DNA of 64,000 bases, from positions 9,132 through 73,131 of IMG/VR virus record IMGVR_UViG_3300027969_000082, one strand, 5' to 3'. Below the pieces are notes generated by a model. The model searched no databases, was not told the DNA's origin, and saw only the letters and a list, made by a program, of their open reading frames with translations. Each line of letters starts with the position of its first letter. Within the stretch, counting starts at the first letter, position 1. The translations under genes were made by a program, and so were the position numbers. Source of the DNA: a virus. Shown piece after piece: positions 49,651 to 59,448 of the stretch.

Positions 49651-50271
49651 ATGGCAATCGCAACACTAAACAAATTTTCAGTACCACTAGCTGGTTCTCC
49701 ACAGAACCAGGGTATGTTGATGCCAAAGTTAAAGTATCGTTTCCGCGTTACTTTACAAAACTTTGGTGTTGGCGGAAATACTACTGAAATCACTAAAATG
49801 GTAGTGGACTTCACTCGTCCTACTATCACTTTTGATGATATCACACTAGATACATACAACAGCAAGATCTTCATGGCTGGTAAGCATACATGGAGTGACG
49901 CTACTCTAAACGTTCGCGATGACGCTAACGGTAACGTAACAAAACTAGTAGGTGAACAACTACAGAAACAATTCGACTTCTTCGAAATGTCATCTGCAGC
50001 ATCTGCAGTTGACTATAAGTTCGTTACAGTTTGTGAAATCTTAGACGGTGGTAACGGTGCATTTACTCCTAATGTTCTAGAAACATGGGAATTATATGGC
50101 TGCTACTTAAAGGCTGCAAACTACAACAACGTAGCATACAATGCTAACGAAGCTGCTACTATTGCATTAACAATCAAGTTTGATAATGCACAACAAACAG
50201 CTCAAGGCACAGGCGTTGGTACTAATGTTGGTTGGTCTGGTGCAAGTACACTAGCTACTGGCGTTAAGTAA
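49651..50271 (+). CDS. gp19: Tail tube protein (gp19-like)
   Basis: Follows the sheath gene; YRFRV...RP...AGKHTW...WELYGCY...LTIKFD. Confidence 0.85.
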   Translation: MAIATLNKFSVPLAGSPQNQGMLMPKLKYRFRVTLQNFGVGGNTTEITKMVVDFTRPTITFDDITLDTYNSKIFMAGKHTWSDATLNVRDDANGNVTKLVGEQLQKQFDFFEMSSAASAVDYKFVTVCEILDGGNGAFTPNVLETWELYGCYLKAANYNNVAYNANEAATIALTIKFDNAQQTAQGTGVGTNVGWSGASTLATGVK

Positions 50272-50287
50272 TCTACTTAATAAGTAC

Positions 50288-50314
50288 AAAAAAGCAACTT
50301 CGGTTGCTTTTTTT
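50288..50314 (+). terminator. Rho-independent terminator (UUCG loop, potentially bidirectional)
   Basis: AAAAAAGCAAC-TTCG-GTTGCTTTTTTT. Confidence 0.9.
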
Positions 50315-50360
50315 GTGATTTGATTATATACCCAGTTAATTTAATTGGCTAAATATTGTT

Positions 50361-51443
50361 ATGGCAAGTAAATCAATTGGTCAGTTTATAACTGATGTAT
50401 CAAATCCTAAAGGCAATGTTGCCGACTTCCGTCATGCGGCAAGGATGTTTTCTGATGACAGTTTTAGACTAGCCCCTAAAAGCAAGTTTAATTATCACGT
50501 GTCTTTTAGCATTGATACTAGAGCATTAAAAAGTTTAAATTTTGACTATCGACATAGAAATGAAATTAATATGCTGGTTAAGAAATGTGAATTACCTAAA
50601 TTTACAATTGCTACAGAAGTATTAAATCAGTACAACAGAAAAAAAATTGTACAAAATAAAGTTGACTATTCTCCAATTAACATATCATTTCACGATGATC
50701 GATTAGGGGTTACTCGTCAACTATGGGAAAACTATTTTGCATATTATTATGCAGATTCTACAGTGGCTAAACGTGCAGGATCATATAATAGAACAGCAAT
50801 GGCCGGATCGTCTTTTATTAAAACTCCGTATGGGTTTGACAATAACAGCAGTGTGCCTTTCTTTCAAAAGATTACCATTTATCAAATGGCCAATAAACAG
50901 TATGCCAGCTATACTCTAGTAAATCCGGTCATTACTGCATGGAATCATGATTCATTAGATTACGGATCGAGTGTTCCTGCAGAGCAATCAATGACTGTAG
51001 CGTATGAAGCGGTATCATACGATACTGGATATGTTAGTCAAGGCAATCCTCCGGGATTTGGTCAAGATCACTATGATACATTGCCTAGCCCGTTAAAATT
51101 AGCAGGCGGATCTAGTAATAATCTTTTTGGTCCAGCAGGTGTATTAGCAGGCGCTGAATCAGTATTTGGAGCAGTTTCTAGTATGCTGTCTGATCCAAGT
51201 AGCGTAACTATTAATGATATATTGCGAACTGGTACGCAGGCAATTAACACTTATAACAGTGCTAAAAATCTTAATATGGCTGCTGTAAGAAATGAACTAA
51301 GTACTGCTGGATATAATGCAGCAGTGACTGGTGCTAGATCAATAGCTAATCAACCTATTAGTGGATTAACTAATTTTTCATTCCCATTAGGTGACGGTGG
51401 CGCACCTAATACTATAGCATCTCCACGTAATTTAGGACCGTAA
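50361..51443 (+). CDS. Tail-tube-fold baseplate protein (gp48/gp54-like)
   Basis: LVKKCELPKF...NQYNRK...YSPINISFHDD...VAYE tube-like pattern; follows gp19. Confidence 0.55.
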   Translation: MASKSIGQFITDVSNPKGNVADFRHAARMFSDDSFRLAPKSKFNYHVSFSIDTRALKSLNFDYRHRNEINMLVKKCELPKFTIATEVLNQYNRKKIVQNKVDYSPINISFHDDRLGVTRQLWENYFAYYYADSTVAKRAGSYNRTAMAGSSFIKTPYGFDNNSSVPFFQKITIYQMANKQYASYTLVNPVITAWNHDSLDYGSSVPAEQSMTVAYEAVSYDTGYVSQGNPPGFGQDHYDTLPSPLKLAGGSSNNLFGPAGVLAGAESVFGAVSSMLSDPSSVTINDILRTGTQAINTYNSAKNLNMAAVRNELSTAGYNAAVTGARSIANQPISGLTNFSFPLGDGGAPNTIASPRNLGP

Positions 51444-51820
51444 TGAGTACTACAATGAATTTACCTAGGGTAACTACCAGTAATGATAGTGCCGACCAAG
51501 TTAAAAGTTTCTTTGACAGATATTTCCAACATCAAGTTACATTTCCCAGTAATCAAATTGATGCTGTTTTAGGATATTTTTTAAAACGCGGATTTCAAGA
51601 AGAAGCTGCAAAAAGTACAAGCATTGTACTGTTAAATCAAGCCCGCATAGATAATATTCCAGTATTTCAATTATTAGACACACTAAAAGGTCTTACTGAT
51701 ATACAGCTAAGTCAGGTTGTTACTGAAGTACTAAACATATACCGCGAGAAATCTTCGGCGTTAGGTTTCAAGATTTTGCAAACAGAAGAAACCATAGAAA
51801 GTCGAAATATTAAACCATAA
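51443..51820 (+). CDS. Hypothetical protein
   Basis: TAATG-coupled to the genes on both sides. Confidence 0.6.
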   Translation: MSTTMNLPRVTTSNDSADQVKSFFDRYFQHQVTFPSNQIDAVLGYFLKRGFQEEAAKSTSIVLLNQARIDNIPVFQLLDTLKGLTDIQLSQVVTEVLNIYREKSSALGFKILQTEETIESRNIKP

Positions 51821-52257
51821 TGAGTCGATTTGCTCAAGGTAAATTCACAATAACTAACCCAGACAAATATGTAGGAAATAAACTTCCAACATATCGCAGC
51901 TCTTGGGAATGGCACTTTATGCGATTCTGTGACCAAGATCCTCGCATAATGAAATGGGCCAGTGAAGCTATTAAAATCCCCTACAAAGATCCATTTACCG
52001 GCAAGGGCACAGTATATGTACCTGATTTTTTCATACAATATGCAGATGCTAAGGGTAAGATGCAAGTTGAACTTATTGAAGTAAAACCACAGAATCAAAC
52101 AGTATTTGAAAAAGTGGGCAAGAATAAACATAATCAATTACAGTTTGCAAAAAATCAAGTGAAGTGGCGAGCAGCATATGAATGGTGCGCAAAACAAGGC
52201 ATAAAATTTAGAGTTTTAAATGAACAAGACTTATTCCACAATGGCAAAGTGAGATAA
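51820..52257 (+). CDS. gp4: Head completion protein (T4 gp4-like, TnsA-type nuclease fold)
   Basis: NPDKYVG...YRSSWE...WASE...IPY...YVPDF...IEVKP...KWRAA. Confidence 0.85.
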   Translation: MSRFAQGKFTITNPDKYVGNKLPTYRSSWEWHFMRFCDQDPRIMKWASEAIKIPYKDPFTGKGTVYVPDFFIQYADAKGKMQVELIEVKPQNQTVFEKVGKNKHNQLQFAKNQVKWRAAYEWCAKQGIKFRVLNEQDLFHNGKVR

Positions 52258-52265
52258 GTATTATT

Positions 52266-52745
52266 ATGAAAAAACTTGAAGAAATCCTAAACTTGCCCGA
52301 AAGCAAAAAAACTATTAAAAAAGCTGAGAAAGAAAAAGCTGACGAAGTAGCACAACCGTTTCTTCGTGACATGTCAGAATTTGACAAAATTGCTGCTAGT
52401 TTGCCTGCTGTTAAAGGGTTAGGAGATGCGGCAGATGCTGAGTTTGATGCACTAGCACAGCGAGCCACAGACGCCTACGATGACCTTATGGATCTAGGTA
52501 TGAACGTCGAAGCACGTTACAGCGGACGTATATTTGAAGTTGCAGGCGGCATGTTAAAAAATGCTATTGATGCTAAAGCAGCTAAAATTGACAAGAAACT
52601 TAAGATGATTGAATTGCAACTTAAGAAACAAAAACTTGATCAAGACGCAGGAGATAGTGACGGCGGCATAGATGTTACTGGTACTGGCGTGATCGTATCA
52701 GACCGTAATAGTTTGATCGAAAAACTAAAAAATATGAATAAATAA
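52266..52745 (+). CDS. Probable terminase small subunit (gp16-like)
   Basis: Helical 159-aa protein with GRIFEVAGGMLK and a coiled-coil, upstream of TerL. Confidence 0.5.
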   Translation: MKKLEEILNLPESKKTIKKAEKEKADEVAQPFLRDMSEFDKIAASLPAVKGLGDAADAEFDALAQRATDAYDDLMDLGMNVEARYSGRIFEVAGGMLKNAIDAKAAKIDKKLKMIELQLKKQKLDQDAGDSDGGIDVTGTGVIVSDRNSLIEKLKNMNK

Positions 52746-52762
52746 TACATCAGGACTTCAAT

Positions 52763-53365
52763 ATGAAATCGTTTACAGAATACTTAATGGAAAGCAAAGA
52801 AGAGAAGAAATACTCTTTTAAAATTAAAATCGCCGGAGATCTTCCAGAGAACTGCGAAGATGTTATGGAAACTGCTTTACAAAAATATCAAGTAGCTAAG
52901 TTTACAAAGACTAAGACTACCCCTATACAAGCTAAACTTCGTGACTTTCCTACAATGGAAAATGCACAGGTTAGTATTTTTGATGTTGAATTAGAATATC
53001 CAACAACTAGTGCTGTATTAACTAGCTACATGTTAGAGCAAACTGGCCTAACAGCTGAACGTATTAAAGTGCGTAGTCCATTGGAAGATGCAGAAAGCGA
53101 ATTAAATGCAGAGCATCTTGAAGTTGATAACAAAGCACTATTGACACAAGATTACCAAAAAGAAAATAATCAAAATACTGTTGGTGACAAAGGCGTTAGT
53201 AACTTTCTTAAAGACCTAGCAAAGATTAGAAAAGAACAAGTACAATACAAAGGTGTAAACGATGCTATCCTAGCAAAAAAGGCACCTAAAGAAAAAGCAC
53301 AAGATCAAGCTAAACCAAGTGCTGGCACAAGTCCAATAGGTTCTGCTAAAGGAAAAACAAAATGA
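52763..53365 (+). CDS. Hypothetical protein with CTS-like N-terminus
   Basis: MKSFTEYLME; AATAAATA at 52737. Confidence 0.55.
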   Translation: MKSFTEYLMESKEEKKYSFKIKIAGDLPENCEDVMETALQKYQVAKFTKTKTTPIQAKLRDFPTMENAQVSIFDVELEYPTTSAVLTSYMLEQTGLTAERIKVRSPLEDAESELNAEHLEVDNKALLTQDYQKENNQNTVGDKGVSNFLKDLAKIRKEQVQYKGVNDAILAKKAPKEKAQDQAKPSAGTSPIGSAKGKTK

Positions 53366-53955
53366 ACTTTAACGAATTAATGCAAAAAATGCGTGACTTA
53401 GATGCTCCAGTTAGTGAAGAATTAAAAGGTGGCCAGAAGAAACTAGATGTTGACAAAGATGGCGACATTGAAGCGGACGATTTAAAAGACCTACGTGATA
53501 AAAAAGTTGATGAAGAAGTTGTTGATGAGTGCGGTATGATGCCTCCTATGGGTGGACCTGGACAACAAGATTCTATTAGTGCAAACATTAGCATGAATGC
53601 TAGTGGCGCCGGTGGCATACGAGACTTAATGGCTATCTTACACAACATTGAGAACGGTAGTAGCGCACATAGTGGGGATGAGCACGATATGGCCGTTGCA
53701 ATTGATACTATGGACGAACCAGAGCCACTACTTGGTATGGACGAAGCAGAAGGTGGTGGATTTGATCACGCAAGCACAACTCCTAATCCACAAATAGCTC
53801 CATTAGGTGCTGCATTTCCAAAAGGCAATGATATTTCTAGTCATGGCAACAATGAAAGACCTAAAGTAAATGGTGGCGGTAATCCTTATTCCGTAACTGC
53901 TGAAAGTTTAATTCCAAGACTTAGCTCTTTATATCACGAAGTAAAAAGTCGTTAA
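53362..53955 (+). CDS. Acidic hypothetical protein with an EF-hand-like loop
   Basis: DVDKDGDIEADD; AAGGA SD; ATGA-type overlap with the previous gene. Confidence 0.55.
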   Translation: MNFNELMQKMRDLDAPVSEELKGGQKKLDVDKDGDIEADDLKDLRDKKVDEEVVDECGMMPPMGGPGQQDSISANISMNASGAGGIRDLMAILHNIENGSSAHSGDEHDMAVAIDTMDEPEPLLGMDEAEGGGFDHASTTPNPQIAPLGAAFPKGNDISSHGNNERPKVNGGGNPYSVTAESLIPRLSSLYHEVKSR

Positions 53956-53972
53956 TTAGCTATAAGCTACTC

Positions 53973-53998
53973 AAAGAGGCCCAGGTGGCCTCTTTTTT
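53973..53998 (+). terminator. Rho-independent terminator
   Basis: AAAGAGGCC-CAGGT-GGCCTCTTTTTT. Confidence 0.85.
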
Positions 53999-54012
53999 AT
54001 TGTAAATAAAAG

Positions 54013-55605
54013 ATGGCAACTAAATCACTAGATGGCGTACTTACAAAAAAGGCGCATACACGAGAAACCTTCACTGAACGACACATTGAAGATTTAATCG
54101 CATGTTCGGATCCTAATACCGGATATCATTATTTCTGTAAGAATTATTTTTACATTCAACATCCAGTTAAAGGTAAAATGTTGTTTGAGCCTTTTGGCTT
54201 TCAAACAAGACTTTTAGATGCATATCACAATCATCGATTTAATGTAAACATGTTACCTCGTCAGATGGGCAAGACTACCTGTGCTGCCGGTTACCTACTC
54301 TGGTTTGCCATGTTTCATCCAGACCAGACTATTCTTATTTCAGCGCATAAATTTACTGGCTCACAAGAAATTATGCAGCGTATTCGATACGCATACGAAT
54401 TATGTCCCGATCATATTCGCTCGGGTGTAGTAAACTATAACAAAGGCTCTATTGAGTTTGATAATGGATCACGTATTGTCTCTACAACTACTACTGGCAA
54501 CACAGGTCGTGGTATGTCTATTTCCCTACTATACTGTGACGAATTTGCCTTTGTACCTCCAAATATCGCCAATGAGTTTTGGACTTCAATTTCCCCGACA
54601 CTAGCAACTGGTGGTCGAGCAATTTTAACATCAACACCTAACAGTGATGAAGATACATTTGCTATCATATGGAAAGAAGCTAACAAAAAGTTTGACGAGT
54701 TTGGTAACGAACAAGAAACGGGCGTTAACGGATTCTTTCCCTTTACATGTGCATGGAGTGAGCATCCAGATCGAGATGACAAGTGGGCTTCATTAGAACG
54801 TGGGCGTATTGGTGAGGAACGATTCCGTCGTGAATACAATTGCGAGTTCTTAGTTTATGATGAAACACTGATTAACAGTATTCACCTAGCCGGCATGGAA
54901 GGTAAGCAGCCTATAATGAACATGGGACAAACTCGATGGTATAAAGAACTTAATAAAGACAGCATTTACGCAATTAGTCTTGACCCTAGTTTAGGTACAG
55001 GTGGTAACAGTGCAGCTATACAAATATTTGAATTACCGTCGTTTACACAAGTAGGAGAATGGCATCATAACTTAACTCCTATTCAAGGACAAATTAGAAT
55101 ATTAAAAGAAATTCTAACCTACATACAAGAATGCATTGGCAGCGACAACAGCTCTAATATCTACTGGTCAATTGAAAATAACAACATTGGCGAAGCAGGC
55201 TTAGTATGTATTCGTGACATAGGTGAAGACCACTTTCCTGGCTTGTTTGTAAGTGAGCCCATTAGAAAAGGTCATGTACGTAAATTCCGTAAAGGATTTA
55301 ACACCACACACAAGACTAAAATATCAGCGGCAGCTAGATTAAAACACTTAATAGAATCTAACAAAATGAAGATTAGCAGTAAGCCTTTAATAACAGAGCT
55401 CAAAGCATACATAGTTACTGGTGTTAGTTTTAAGGCAAAGGTTGGCGAAGAAGACGATCTAGTAAGTGCATTATTATTAATAATACGTATGAGTCAAGTG
55501 CTTGCTGACTGGGATTCTAGAGTATTTGACAGTTTTAGTAGTAATGACGGAGTAGGAGACGAAGACTATGAGCTGCCAATGCCTATCTTTGTTTCATCTA
55601 ATTAA
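54013..55605 (+). CDS. gp17: Terminase large subunit (gp17-like)
   Basis: PRQMGKTT Walker A, LLYCDEFAF Walker B, TSTPN, REYNCEF, DPSLGTGG, DDLV. Confidence 0.95.
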   Translation: MATKSLDGVLTKKAHTRETFTERHIEDLIACSDPNTGYHYFCKNYFYIQHPVKGKMLFEPFGFQTRLLDAYHNHRFNVNMLPRQMGKTTCAAGYLLWFAMFHPDQTILISAHKFTGSQEIMQRIRYAYELCPDHIRSGVVNYNKGSIEFDNGSRIVSTTTTGNTGRGMSISLLYCDEFAFVPPNIANEFWTSISPTLATGGRAILTSTPNSDEDTFAIIWKEANKKFDEFGNEQETGVNGFFPFTCAWSEHPDRDDKWASLERGRIGEERFRREYNCEFLVYDETLINSIHLAGMEGKQPIMNMGQTRWYKELNKDSIYAISLDPSLGTGGNSAAIQIFELPSFTQVGEWHHNLTPIQGQIRILKEILTYIQECIGSDNSSNIYWSIENNNIGEAGLVCIRDIGEDHFPGLFVSEPIRKGHVRKFRKGFNTTHKTKISAAARLKHLIESNKMKISSKPLITELKAYIVTGVSFKAKVGEEDDLVSALLLIIRMSQVLADWDSRVFDSFSSNDGVGDEDYELPMPIFVSSN

Positions 55606-55619
55606 AGATAAATATCAAT

Positions 55620-58016
55620 ATGGACAAGAATCTCGAACCAATCGCCAAAGAACTATTCGGAAAAATTCGCACACAATTTCCGAAAATTCAACTTGGAGAT
55701 GCAAATAGTGAAGTAACTGATCGCCCCAAAGATGCAAGATTTTTTGAATTTGATTTTGTAAAAAACGGAAAAAATTTAGGCTCTGTTAGCATTAGCATTG
55801 CTGACAATCAAGCTGAAAGCGATGAAGACGATACTGCTGATAACGACGGAATGGTTGTTATGTACAGTAACGACATTGTAGATAACCAGCATGATGGTGT
55901 GAAACGACAATGGTTTAACTTTTTAAGAGAACTTAGAGAGTTTGCTAAACAAAGAATGATGAATTTTTCTATACGTGATATCACTAAGAATAATTTAGAC
56001 AAAAGAGATTATCAACATTTAGCCAAGAATAACGGAGAAGGCAGTATGACAGAAAGTAAACTATGGGGCACATCTAAGACTAGTTATCAACAGATGGGCG
56101 AAGCTAAACTAATTGTTAGACATACTCAACCTGTAAACTATGCCCACGCTGCTGGACGCACACTACACATTGAAAGTATTCATGTTGAGAATAGCCAAGG
56201 CGAGCGTTTTAAGTATCCTGTCAAACACTTAAATGGTGCTCGCGCACTAGCTACTCACGTAGCACACGGCGGCACACCTTATGATGGTATTGGTCAACAC
56301 ATTACTGGTCTAAGCGAAGAGCTAAACAAACTACGTATGTTCAAAGGCTATGTTGATCGTAACTCTATGGTTAGCGAAGCAATGGGTACCATCCAAACCA
56401 AAGTTTACGAGCGTATTGATCAAGTTAAAAAAGAGATTCGCAGTCTGCAGAATGAAGGTTATTATCAGTCATTTGCAGAATCGTTTGTAGTAAATGAAGC
56501 ACAAGAGATTCCAGAAGATTTAGTTAATGATTGGATTGATCGTTTAACTATTCGTACATTTAACGAAGAACTAAAAAATGTATTTCCATACATTTACAAG
56601 CTAGTAGGTGAAGAAGTTGCACCAATTAAAGAACTAACTCCTGATGATTTATTCACAGTAGAAGACTCTTATGTAGACGGTACAGATGAACAAGAACTTG
56701 CAGAATTTAATGAATTTGAGTCGTTCATGAATAATCTAGTAAGTGAAGAAAGTGATTTGTTTAACACTGATGAAGAAAGTCAAAGTGCATCCATACAAAC
56801 GTTAAACCAACTAATTGCACAAGAATTTCCAGCAGGTGTAGATGGCACTAATGCTATCCAAAGCCTAAAAGGTGTGATTGATGATCAAGAATTTACAGAT
56901 GCAATTAAGCAGTTAGGTAAAGTAAATCCTGAAATGGATATTAGAGAATTCTTAAAGAGTTACCTAGAAAAGCACGACGAAGAGAATGGTACAGACATTG
57001 CTAGCAAGATCAATTTTGATAGTACTACTCCTGCTCCGGCTGAGCCTGCTCCGGCTGAACCTGTTGCAGCAGCGCCTGCTCCAGAAGCACCTCCAGCTGA
57101 AGCTCCAGCCGCTGCTCCAGCAGAGCCTGCTCCTGTGGCAGAAGAAAAAGAAGATCCACCATTTGACGGCCCTTACACTAAGAAAGGTGAAAACGATAAA
57201 GATCAATACGGTAATCCAGTTAAGCACAAAGCACGTCATCTAGCTAAGAAAGGGATGGCAGATGCCATTGCCAAAGCAAAGAAAGCTGGTGCAACTGCTG
57301 AGACTATGGTTAACTTTGGGTCTGGCGAAATGAGTCTAGGTGAAGCTATCACTAAAGCCGGAATGGATGTTGAAGAGTTTTTTGAAGGTGCAGGAAAGCA
57401 AAGCGAAGTAATTGAATTTGTTAAATCAATGTACGATGAAACAACTGGTAACTTTCCTAAAGGTGAGACTGGTGTGTTACTAGCCGTTGAAAAACAATTT
57501 GGTGAAGATGCAGCTAAAATGGCACACAGCGTGATCAGCGAACTATCGCAAGTATATGAATCAAAACGTCTACGTCAGTTAGCTGGTATTACTGAAGCCG
57601 GCCTAGGTGGAACAAACATGGATGTTGACCAAATGTTTAAAAACATGAGCAACAAACCGGGTGCAACTAAAACATCAAATTTTAAATCGACTATAGATGG
57701 CAAACAAGATGACTCCGAAGCAGGGTACAATTCTGCAATGGGTAAGTTTAGAGATATGGCCGGTGGTATGGGATTAGATGCTAGCGGAGATGATCCAGTT
57801 GGCGGGATGATGAAAGGCATACAAGATAAATTTGGCAATATGACCAAAAGCATGAATGTGCCAAACATGCCAGGAGCTACTGGGCAATCTACTGCACCTG
57901 CTAAACAAGATCCAAAAGCAATGTTAAAAGCATTGCCAGATGCCAAGTTGTCTACTATGAGCGGCGACGAAGCTAAGAAGATGTTAACAGATCTTAAGAA
58001 AATGGCCGGGATCTAA
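55620..58016 (+). CDS. Large acidic hypothetical protein (798 aa), possible head/core protein
   Basis: GATAAATA at 55607; Pro/Ala-rich linker; RLRQLAGI and LKKMAGI motifs. Confidence 0.6.
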   Translation: MDKNLEPIAKELFGKIRTQFPKIQLGDANSEVTDRPKDARFFEFDFVKNGKNLGSVSISIADNQAESDEDDTADNDGMVVMYSNDIVDNQHDGVKRQWFNFLRELREFAKQRMMNFSIRDITKNNLDKRDYQHLAKNNGEGSMTESKLWGTSKTSYQQMGEAKLIVRHTQPVNYAHAAGRTLHIESIHVENSQGERFKYPVKHLNGARALATHVAHGGTPYDGIGQHITGLSEELNKLRMFKGYVDRNSMVSEAMGTIQTKVYERIDQVKKEIRSLQNEGYYQSFAESFVVNEAQEIPEDLVNDWIDRLTIRTFNEELKNVFPYIYKLVGEEVAPIKELTPDDLFTVEDSYVDGTDEQELAEFNEFESFMNNLVSEESDLFNTDEESQSASIQTLNQLIAQEFPAGVDGTNAIQSLKGVIDDQEFTDAIKQLGKVNPEMDIREFLKSYLEKHDEENGTDIASKINFDSTTPAPAEPAPAEPVAAAPAPEAPPAEAPAAAPAEPAPVAEEKEDPPFDGPYTKKGENDKDQYGNPVKHKARHLAKKGMADAIAKAKKAGATAETMVNFGSGEMSLGEAITKAGMDVEEFFEGAGKQSEVIEFVKSMYDETTGNFPKGETGVLLAVEKQFGEDAAKMAHSVISELSQVYESKRLRQLAGITEAGLGGTNMDVDQMFKNMSNKPGATKTSNFKSTIDGKQDDSEAGYNSAMGKFRDMAGGMGLDASGDDPVGGMMKGIQDKFGNMTKSMNVPNMPGATGQSTAPAKQDPKAMLKALPDAKLSTMSGDEAKKMLTDLKKMAGI
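57028..57140 (+). repeat. Low-complexity PA(E)PA repeat
   Basis: Repeated CCTGCTCC(G/A)GCTGA-like units encoding PAPAEPAPAEP...APAEPAP. Confidence 0.7.
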
Positions 58017-58053
58017 AACGGCTAAAATAAATCACATTTAAGCAAGATATCTC

Positions 58054-58082
58054 TTGCAATGATAAATAAAAGTGCGTATAAT
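58054..58082 (+). promoter_or_regulatory. Sigma70-type promoter TTGCAA-N17-TATAAT with a nested late GATAAATA
   Basis: -35 at 58054, -10 at 58077, late element at 58061-58068. Confidence 0.7.
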
Positions 58083-58180
58083 AACATATATGCACTTTTT
58101 TACTTTACAATGGTGTAAAGTAGATATAGGCAAAACTAGCAGAAATGCAAAACAACTTAGGCTAACAATAGGAGATAATC

Positions 58181-59194
58181 ATGGCATCATTAGCTGAAAT
58201 CAGAGCAAAGCTCAAAGAGCAAGAAGGTAATTCGAAAGGTGGCGGTGAACGTACCGGTGGAGATAATTCCATTTACCCTTTCTGGAACTTGAAAGAAGGT
58301 TCCGAATCAACAGTCCGTTTTTTACCTGACGGAAATCCCGACAATACATTTTTCTGGGTAGAACGTGCAATGATCAAATTGCCGTTCGCCGGCGTTAAAG
58401 GTTCTACTGACTCTAAGTCTGTAACCGTTAATGTTCCTTGCATGGAAATGTATGGCGAAACTTGTCCAATCCTTGCAGAAGTGCGTGGTTGGTTTAAAGA
58501 TCCAGCATTAGAAGATATGGGTCGTAAGTATTGGAAGAAGCGTAGTTACATCTTCCAGGGATACGTTGTTGAAGATGGTCTTAAAGAAGAAAATCGTCCT
58601 GAAAATGCAAACCGTCGTTTCATTATCGGCCCACAAATTTTCCAATTGATCAAGGGTGCATTGCTTGATCCAGAAATGGATGACATGCCAACTGACCCAA
58701 TCAATGGCGTTGACTTCAAGTTGATTAAAACAAGTAAAGGTGGTTATGCTGACTACTCTACTAGCAAGTGGAGCCGTCGTACTCGTCCTTTAGATGCGGC
58801 AGAAACTGCTAACTTGGAAACACATGGCTTGTTCAATCTTAAAGATTACTTACCTAAGAAGCCAACTGACGTTGAAGTTAAAGTAATGAAAGAGATGTTT
58901 GAAGCAAGTGTCGATGGTGAGCCGTTTGATATGGATCGCTGGGGACAGTACTTTAAGCCAGCAGGTATGGGCCAGGCAACTGGTGATCCTAACTCTGCTC
59001 CTAAGTCAACTCCTGTTGCTCGTCCTGCTCCGGTAGCAGCACCTGCCGCAGAAGAATCAGCACCTTGGGAAGATGACGTTGCCACAGCAGAGAAATCATT
59101 CTCAGCACCTAAGCAAGAATCAGCACCAGCTGCCGCAAGCGGTGGTCGTGCAGAAGACATTCTTGCTATGATTCGCAATCGTAATAAGCAGTAA
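58181..59194 (+). CDS. gp32: Single-stranded DNA-binding protein (gp32-like)
   Basis: VRFLPDG...PC...CPI...YWKKRSY...GVDFKL...YADYSTSKW; AGGAG SD. Confidence 0.9.
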   Translation: MASLAEIRAKLKEQEGNSKGGGERTGGDNSIYPFWNLKEGSESTVRFLPDGNPDNTFFWVERAMIKLPFAGVKGSTDSKSVTVNVPCMEMYGETCPILAEVRGWFKDPALEDMGRKYWKKRSYIFQGYVVEDGLKEENRPENANRRFIIGPQIFQLIKGALLDPEMDDMPTDPINGVDFKLIKTSKGGYADYSTSKWSRRTRPLDAAETANLETHGLFNLKDYLPKKPTDVEVKVMKEMFEASVDGEPFDMDRWGQYFKPAGMGQATGDPNSAPKSTPVARPAPVAAPAAEESAPWEDDVATAEKSFSAPKQESAPAAASGGRAEDILAMIRNRNKQ

Positions 59195-59254
59195 GCGTTA
59201 GAGTGAGTACAGGGTTTGCGCCCTGTACTTCTCGCCACTATTAGGAGAATAACT

Positions 59255-59446
59255 ATGGCTAAACTAAACAAACTCGCAAAAGTAAATGAAAATATCAGTC
59301 TTAATCGTTATGACAACGGCTTCATGATAGAAGTCAGTGGTCGCGATAAGAAAGAAGAATGGAAGACCGCCAAGGTCATGTGCAATACAGAAGAAGAACT
59401 TATTGCAGTGGTCAAAGAATGGGTCGCAATGGAATTGGATAATTAA
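59255..59446 (+). CDS. Small hypothetical protein (63 aa)
   Basis: AGGAG SD before the ATG at 59255. Confidence 0.65.
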   Translation: MAKLNKLAKVNENISLNRYDNGFMIEVSGRDKKEEWKTAKVMCNTEEELIAVVKEWVAMELDN

Positions 59447-59448
59447 TC

